A DNA stretch of 64,000 bases from Negativicutes bacterium (GTDB lineage: Bacteria; Bacillota; Negativicutes; UBA1444). Of the stretch, positions 59,800 through 64,000 are shown piece by piece. The notes beneath the pieces were generated by a model that was not told where the DNA came from, did no database searches, and worked only from the letters and a program-made list of their open reading frames with translations. Numbering within the stretch: position 1 is the first letter of the stretch; every line of letters begins with the position of its first letter. The position numbers were made by a program, and so were the translations under genes. The stretch lies in contig CAXXIN010000018.1 in assembly GCA_963665275.2 (NCBI GenBank), positions 256,001-320,000 on the forward strand, in the 5' to 3' direction.

Positions 59800-61074
59800 T
59801 CAGTGGTTGCCAGAGTTGTTTAAGAGTGTTTCATTTCGTTCAGTCTTAATTTGATAAAGCCGCAAAGCCACCAACAAATCCGATCGCTTCAAAGGGTTGT
59901 TCAAATCAGTCTGCAGGAGCTCTTCAAGGCGAGTGCGCCTGTAATAGATGGTTTTGTGATGAACATGCAAACGCTTGGCAATTGTGGATTGTGAATCGGA
60001 GGAAAGAATTTCACTCAGAGTTTGCAACAAAACGATAGATTGAAACGGTTCCAACTGCACCAGCGGGCCCAACTGTTGCTTGATAAACTGTTCGGCAAGT
60101 GGACTGTTTATTTCCAGTAGCAGCCGGACCATTCCGAGCTTATTCCAGTATTGTGCAAATTCGTTCGGACTGATAAGCGAGCCGAAAGAAGCGCTTTCTC
60201 GGGCTTGTCGAAATGGTTCCGATATGTTAGGCGGATTAAACCAGATATCGGAAATTCCCAGGGTCATTTGCTCGGCGAAGTTATGCTTCTGCAATTCCTG
60301 AAGTATGCTTTCAATCAAGACCGTAACCTGTGAATCGATTGCTGATTCGACAGAGAAGGACGCTAATATTGCGATTCCTTCCTGACAGTCCCACACTGCG
60401 GTGCTGCTTTCAGGAACGATAGAGTTCATGGCAGGGATTGCCCATTGCTTCCACTCAGTATGGAGCGGGGGAACTTTTTTTTGAAATGAGAAGACAAATC
60501 GAGGTTGCAACAATAGAAATACGATCGGTGCTGCCAGCCTGATATTCAGTTCCGCGGCATAGTTTGCAATTTCAGTAAATGAATGGTTGCTTTCCATGGC
60601 ATTATTAAAAAAAACCGACATGGAGAGGTGTGATTGAATATTGTTTAAGGCTGCTTCCATCTTGCGGCGTTCAGATATATTAAACCCGACGCTTATGGTA
60701 AATATTGTATTTGTGGCCGGAATACTCAAGATTCTTGTCCGCGATTCGAGCCACAGAGAATCACCGTTTTTGCACCGAATTTCCACATCCCTGACAGGAG
60801 GGTTCAACAGGTTATGCTTTACTTCCTCAATCCGATTCCATTGATAAATCCCGTCATTATTGGTTTCCAATAAATAGTTGAAAAGATGTGTCCCGAGCAG
60901 CTCTTCCTGGCTGTAGCCCAGAGCAGTACAAAAGTTTTCACTGACGTACTGTACTATTCCGGAGCCATCTAAACTACTGATATATACATTATTGTTTTGA
61001 GCCAACATTTCATTATTGAAATTAACTATGGGCAATAAATATTTCTTTTCCAGAGTTTTCGAATTGTCGGCCAT
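59800..61074 (-). CDS. PAS-domain PucR/CdaR family regulator
   Basis: PAS (YVSENFC..LGYS.EEL.G), C-terminal IAKRLHVHHKTIYYR..RLEELL. Confidence 0.85.
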   Translation of the reverse strand: MADNSKTLEKKYLLPIVNFNNEMLAQNNNVYISSLDGSGIVQYVSENFCTALGYSQEELLGTHLFNYLLETNNDGIYQWNRIEEVKHNLLNPPVRDVEIRCKNGDSLWLESRTRILSIPATNTIFTISVGFNISERRKMEAALNNIQSHLSMSVFFNNAMESNHSFTEIANYAAELNIRLAAPIVFLLLQPRFVFSFQKKVPPLHTEWKQWAIPAMNSIVPESSTAVWDCQEGIAILASFSVESAIDSQVTVLIESILQELQKHNFAEQMTLGISDIWFNPPNISEPFRQARESASFGSLISPNEFAQYWNKLGMVRLLLEINSPLAEQFIKQQLGPLVQLEPFQSIVLLQTLSEILSSDSQSTIAKRLHVHHKTIYYRRTRLEELLQTDLNNPLKRSDLLVALRLYQIKTERNETLLNNSGNH

Positions 61075-61429
61075 TGTTAATCCACTCCTCGTCCGCGATT
61101 GCTTTTTTATTATATGACATTTGCGGCAAATTGTAAAAACGTTCCATCACTTATCTGAAGAGATAAAAAAGCATGAATATCGATAGAATAATTAGTCGAA
61201 AGAGCAAAGGTAAATGCAGTTAAGATGTTGAAAATCTAATATAGCACTCTTTGATGTCCAATTTCGGTTGGTTGTGGAGAACCGCTCTATGAAGTGACCG
61301 CAAGGAACTTAAACTTAACAAAGGGGGGAACATCGGAACGATCCTCGGAAGGAGAGCTGGCTAACATCTTGCGAATTTGACAGCAGTTTAAATGGACCCA
61401 AATTGTAATAATAACAGGAGGAATTCAAC

Positions 61430-62365
61430 ATGCGATTGAAAGTAATTGGATTATGGGTGATGGTATTGGGGCTGTTAGTGGGACATCATACCGTCCAGGC
61501 CACCGAATTGGGCGCAAGCTACTACTTTCCTGGCATATCAGCCACATTCGCACCAGGAATAGCCCCGCATCCTGGAGTAGTGGGTGTTGAGCAGATGCTG
61601 TTTCAGAGCGGGAAAGCTGACGCGGTTGTGCAGGGTGGAAGAATTCAGTCAAATGTTAAGGCGGATGTCTTTTTTAACGTTGTCGGTGTTACAAATACCG
61701 TTGCGAAATCTTCGCTGGGCGGCAATACGTTCCAGTGGGGCGTTTTTGTTCCTGTCGGAAGTGTCGCTATTAACTCGACCATCAGTACAAATTTCGGTTC
61801 GCACAGTCTGTCGGATTCCACAACTTCCCTTGGCGATAGCACCCTTTTGGGTTCGTTGTATTGGAAAAAAGGCGATATTCATTACAAAGTTACGGAATCG
61901 GTCTTTGTTCCGACTGGCGGCTATACCATGCACAACTTGTCAAACGTTGGCCGGAATTACTGGGGCTTTGATACCACTTTTACCATGACCTATTTGGACA
62001 TGAAGAGTGGGGTGGAAGTCTCCCTTGCGCCAGGGATCATGTTCAACACAAAGAATGAGGCGACTGATTACCAATCAGGTACGGAGTTTCATGTTGAATT
62101 TGCCATAAATAAACACTACTTTAAAGAGCACTATGCAATAGGACTGCAGGGCTATTATTATCGCCAAATATCGGCTGATAGCGGCAGCGGTGCTAGGCTG
62201 GGCAGCTTCAACGGCCAGGCTTTCGGCATTGGTCCAGCTATTTTGTGGACGCCTCCTGCAGGTAAGGGCCGGGTATCTGTTGTTGCCAAGTGGCTCTTTG
62301 ACTTGAATCACGAGAACCGCTTACACGGAAATTATGGACAGTTTATAGTAGCGTATAAATTCTAA
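61430..62365 (+). CDS. Outer-membrane channel, SphA/MetA-pathway (phenol degradation) family
   Basis: Signal peptide, LGD, PTG.Y....N.G.N.W, N.ATDYQSG, GY.Y.Q..DSG, GPA, terminal F. Confidence 0.82.
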   Translation: MRLKVIGLWVMVLGLLVGHHTVQATELGASYYFPGISATFAPGIAPHPGVVGVEQMLFQSGKADAVVQGGRIQSNVKADVFFNVVGVTNTVAKSSLGGNTFQWGVFVPVGSVAINSTISTNFGSHSLSDSTTSLGDSTLLGSLYWKKGDIHYKVTESVFVPTGGYTMHNLSNVGRNYWGFDTTFTMTYLDMKSGVEVSLAPGIMFNTKNEATDYQSGTEFHVEFAINKHYFKEHYAIGLQGYYYRQISADSGSGARLGSFNGQAFGIGPAILWTPPAGKGRVSVVAKWLFDLNHENRLHGNYGQFIVAYKF

Positions 62366-62481
62366 TAGACCGATAATTGTGCGGCAAGAAAGATCTTTTC
62401 CAAGAGGGGCGAACTCCAAGGCCAGCTATATTGAGAGGGACAAACGCTCTCTTGCGAAATACGAGATGGGAGTGATAAACA

Positions 62482-64000
62482 TTGCTGAAACGACAACTTT
62501 CCGTCGCTACTGCATTTTCTTTGGGACTGAATGTGCTGATGGCGCCGATTGCCTCGGCAGAGAATGTCTTGCCGCCGCCGCCGCCTGTTTTCAAAGGCAA
62601 GATTGAACTGCGAGCCAAAGATTCCACGCCGGATTTCCCCAAACCGTTGAGCGCAAAACCCGGCTCGCCCAACGTGCTGCTGATCCTGATCGACGATGAA
62701 GGCTTCGGAGCACCCAGCACCTTCGGTGGTCCGATTGCAACTCCAAACCTCGACAAATTGGCCCAGACCGGAGTCAAATACAACCAGTTTCATACTGCGG
62801 CCCTCAGTTCTCCGACCCGAGCCGCCCTGATCACAGGACGCAATCACCATTCGGTGCATACCGGCGCCATCACGGAGATGGCCACCGGCTTTCCCGGCTA
62901 TGACTCTTTGATGAACCGGACCACGGCAACGATTGGTGAAGTTTTGAAGAATAGCGGCTATTCGACTGCCTGGTTTGGCAAGAATCACAACATCCCAGAC
63001 TGGCAGACCAGCGCGTCCGGACCTTTCGACCTGTGGCCGACCAGTCTCGGGTTTGAACATTTCTATGGATTTATCGGCGGCGAAACGAACCAATGGTCAC
63101 CCGCTCTTTACAACGGGACCGTGCCTGTCGATCCCTACCTCGACAAACCGGACTATCACCTGACCACCGATCTGGCAGACAAAGCGATTTCCCATATCCA
63201 GCTGCAACATGCTTTGGCTCCTGAGAAGCCTCTGTTTGTCTACTGGGCGCCGGGCGCGACGCATGCGCCGCATCACGCGCCGCAGGCATGGATCGACAAA
63301 TTCAAGGGTCAGTTCGACCATGGCTGGGACAAGCAGCGCGAAATCACTTTCGCCCGTCAGAAGGAACTGGGGATCATCCCGCCCGATACCGTATTGACGC
63401 CGCGTCCGGCGGCAATTCCCGCCTGGGACAGCGCGACGGCGGACGAGAAAAAAATGTATGCCCACATGATGGAAACCTATGCCGGCTTTTTGGCCCACAC
63501 CGATCATGAGGCAGGCCGTATTCTTGAACAACTGGAAAAATCGGGTATTCGTGACAATACTCTGGTAATCTACATCAGCGGCGACAATGGCGCCAGTGGT
63601 GAAGGCACCCCCGAAGGTCTTGTCAACGAGACAAACTTCTTCAATGGCATCCCTGAGCCCATGGAACTCAAAGTCAGATCTATCGAACAATGGGGCGACA
63701 AATCCACTTATCCGCACTATCCGGTGGGCTGGGCCTGGGCCATGGATACGCCGTTCCAGTGGGTGAAGCAGGTGGCCTCTCATTATGGCGGCACCCGCAA
63801 CGGCCTGGTCATTTCCTGGCCGGATCGAATCAAGGCCGGCGGACTCCGCAGCCAGTGGCACCATGTCATTGACATCGTGCCGACCATCCTGGAAGCGGCC
63901 GGCATACCCCAACCGGAGGTCGTAAATGGGGTCAGGCAGTCTCCCATCGAGGGAGTCAGCATGGTCTACACCTTTAATGATGCCAACGCGCCGGACCGGC
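62482..64000 (+). CDS. Secreted Ser-type arylsulfatase, 3'-partial
   Basis: TTG start after GGGAG; signal peptide; PNVLLILIDD.GFG, TPNLD.LA, SSPTRAALITGR, GKNH, THAPH, DNGAS, HVIDIVPTIL; not in the ORF track because there is no stop. Confidence 0.9.
   Translation, partial: MLKRQLSVATAFSLGLNVLMAPIASAENVLPPPPPVFKGKIELRAKDSTPDFPKPLSAKPGSPNVLLILIDDEGFGAPSTFGGPIATPNLDKLAQTGVKYNQFHTAALSSPTRAALITGRNHHSVHTGAITEMATGFPGYDSLMNRTTATIGEVLKNSGYSTAWFGKNHNIPDWQTSASGPFDLWPTSLGFEHFYGFIGGETNQWSPALYNGTVPVDPYLDKPDYHLTTDLADKAISHIQLQHALAPEKPLFVYWAPGATHAPHHAPQAWIDKFKGQFDHGWDKQREITFARQKELGIIPPDTVLTPRPAAIPAWDSATADEKKMYAHMMETYAGFLAHTDHEAGRILEQLEKSGIRDNTLVIYISGDNGASGEGTPEGLVNETNFFNGIPEPMELKVRSIEQWGDKSTYPHYPVGWAWAMDTPFQWVKQVASHYGGTRNGLVISWPDRIKAGGLRSQWHHVIDIVPTILEAAGIPQPEVVNGVRQSPIEGVSMVYTFNDANAPDR

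Noticed and set aside
8633-63912. Numerous long antisense or alternate-frame ORFs in the track (e.g. 12309-13073, 28196-29020, 47070-47843, 63097-63912)
   Set aside because: They overlap well-supported genes and lack motifs; these are shadow ORFs of GC-rich coding sequence
1-64000. CRISPR array, rRNA, intact transposase, integrase or prophage genes
   Set aside because: No regularly spaced repeats or corresponding motifs were seen by eye

Overview
This 64-kb window is bacterial chromosome. Firmicutes-type signals (T-box leader, GAAC-N4-GTTC-like SOS box, MurP/MupG/MurQ) together with outer-membrane beta-barrel genes suggest a diderm Firmicute such as Negativicutes; this is an inference. 1-6.35 kb looks like the right end of a genomic island. 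It ends at a decayed 3' half of tRNA-Ala(GGC) with integrase arm-like repeats. It carries a collapsed SOS-regulated Y-family polymerase relic, an outer-membrane gene bracketed by 17-bp direct repeats, and an AT-rich 1013-aa fusion of an HsdR-N-type nuclease, a NACHT/STAND NTPase and an unknown C-terminus. That fusion is the best candidate for an undescribed NLR-like defence system. 8.5-17.2 kb is a LysR-led organic-acid catabolic cluster (DASS transporter, two amidohydrolases, DctM-like permease, citE/citF without citD/C/G/X). 17.3-21.6 kb is a MerR, aldo-keto reductase and WYL-regulator cascade followed by a nitroreductase. 21.6-45 kb is an accessory patchwork of MFS transporters, M20 peptidases, a LytTR-regulated membrane redox operon, an RsmH paralog, an MCP and several deletion relics (gltX, selD, nucleotidyltransferase, possible group II intron). 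45.6-57.4 kb is a tightly packed run including murP-mupG-murQ-nagA. The window ends with T-box-thrS, a PAS-PucR regulator, an outer-membrane channel and a partial Ser-type arylsulfatase. Several single-base frameshifts, mostly in short homopolymers, are probably sequencing or assembly errors. All family calls come from motif recognition by eye; no searches were run.
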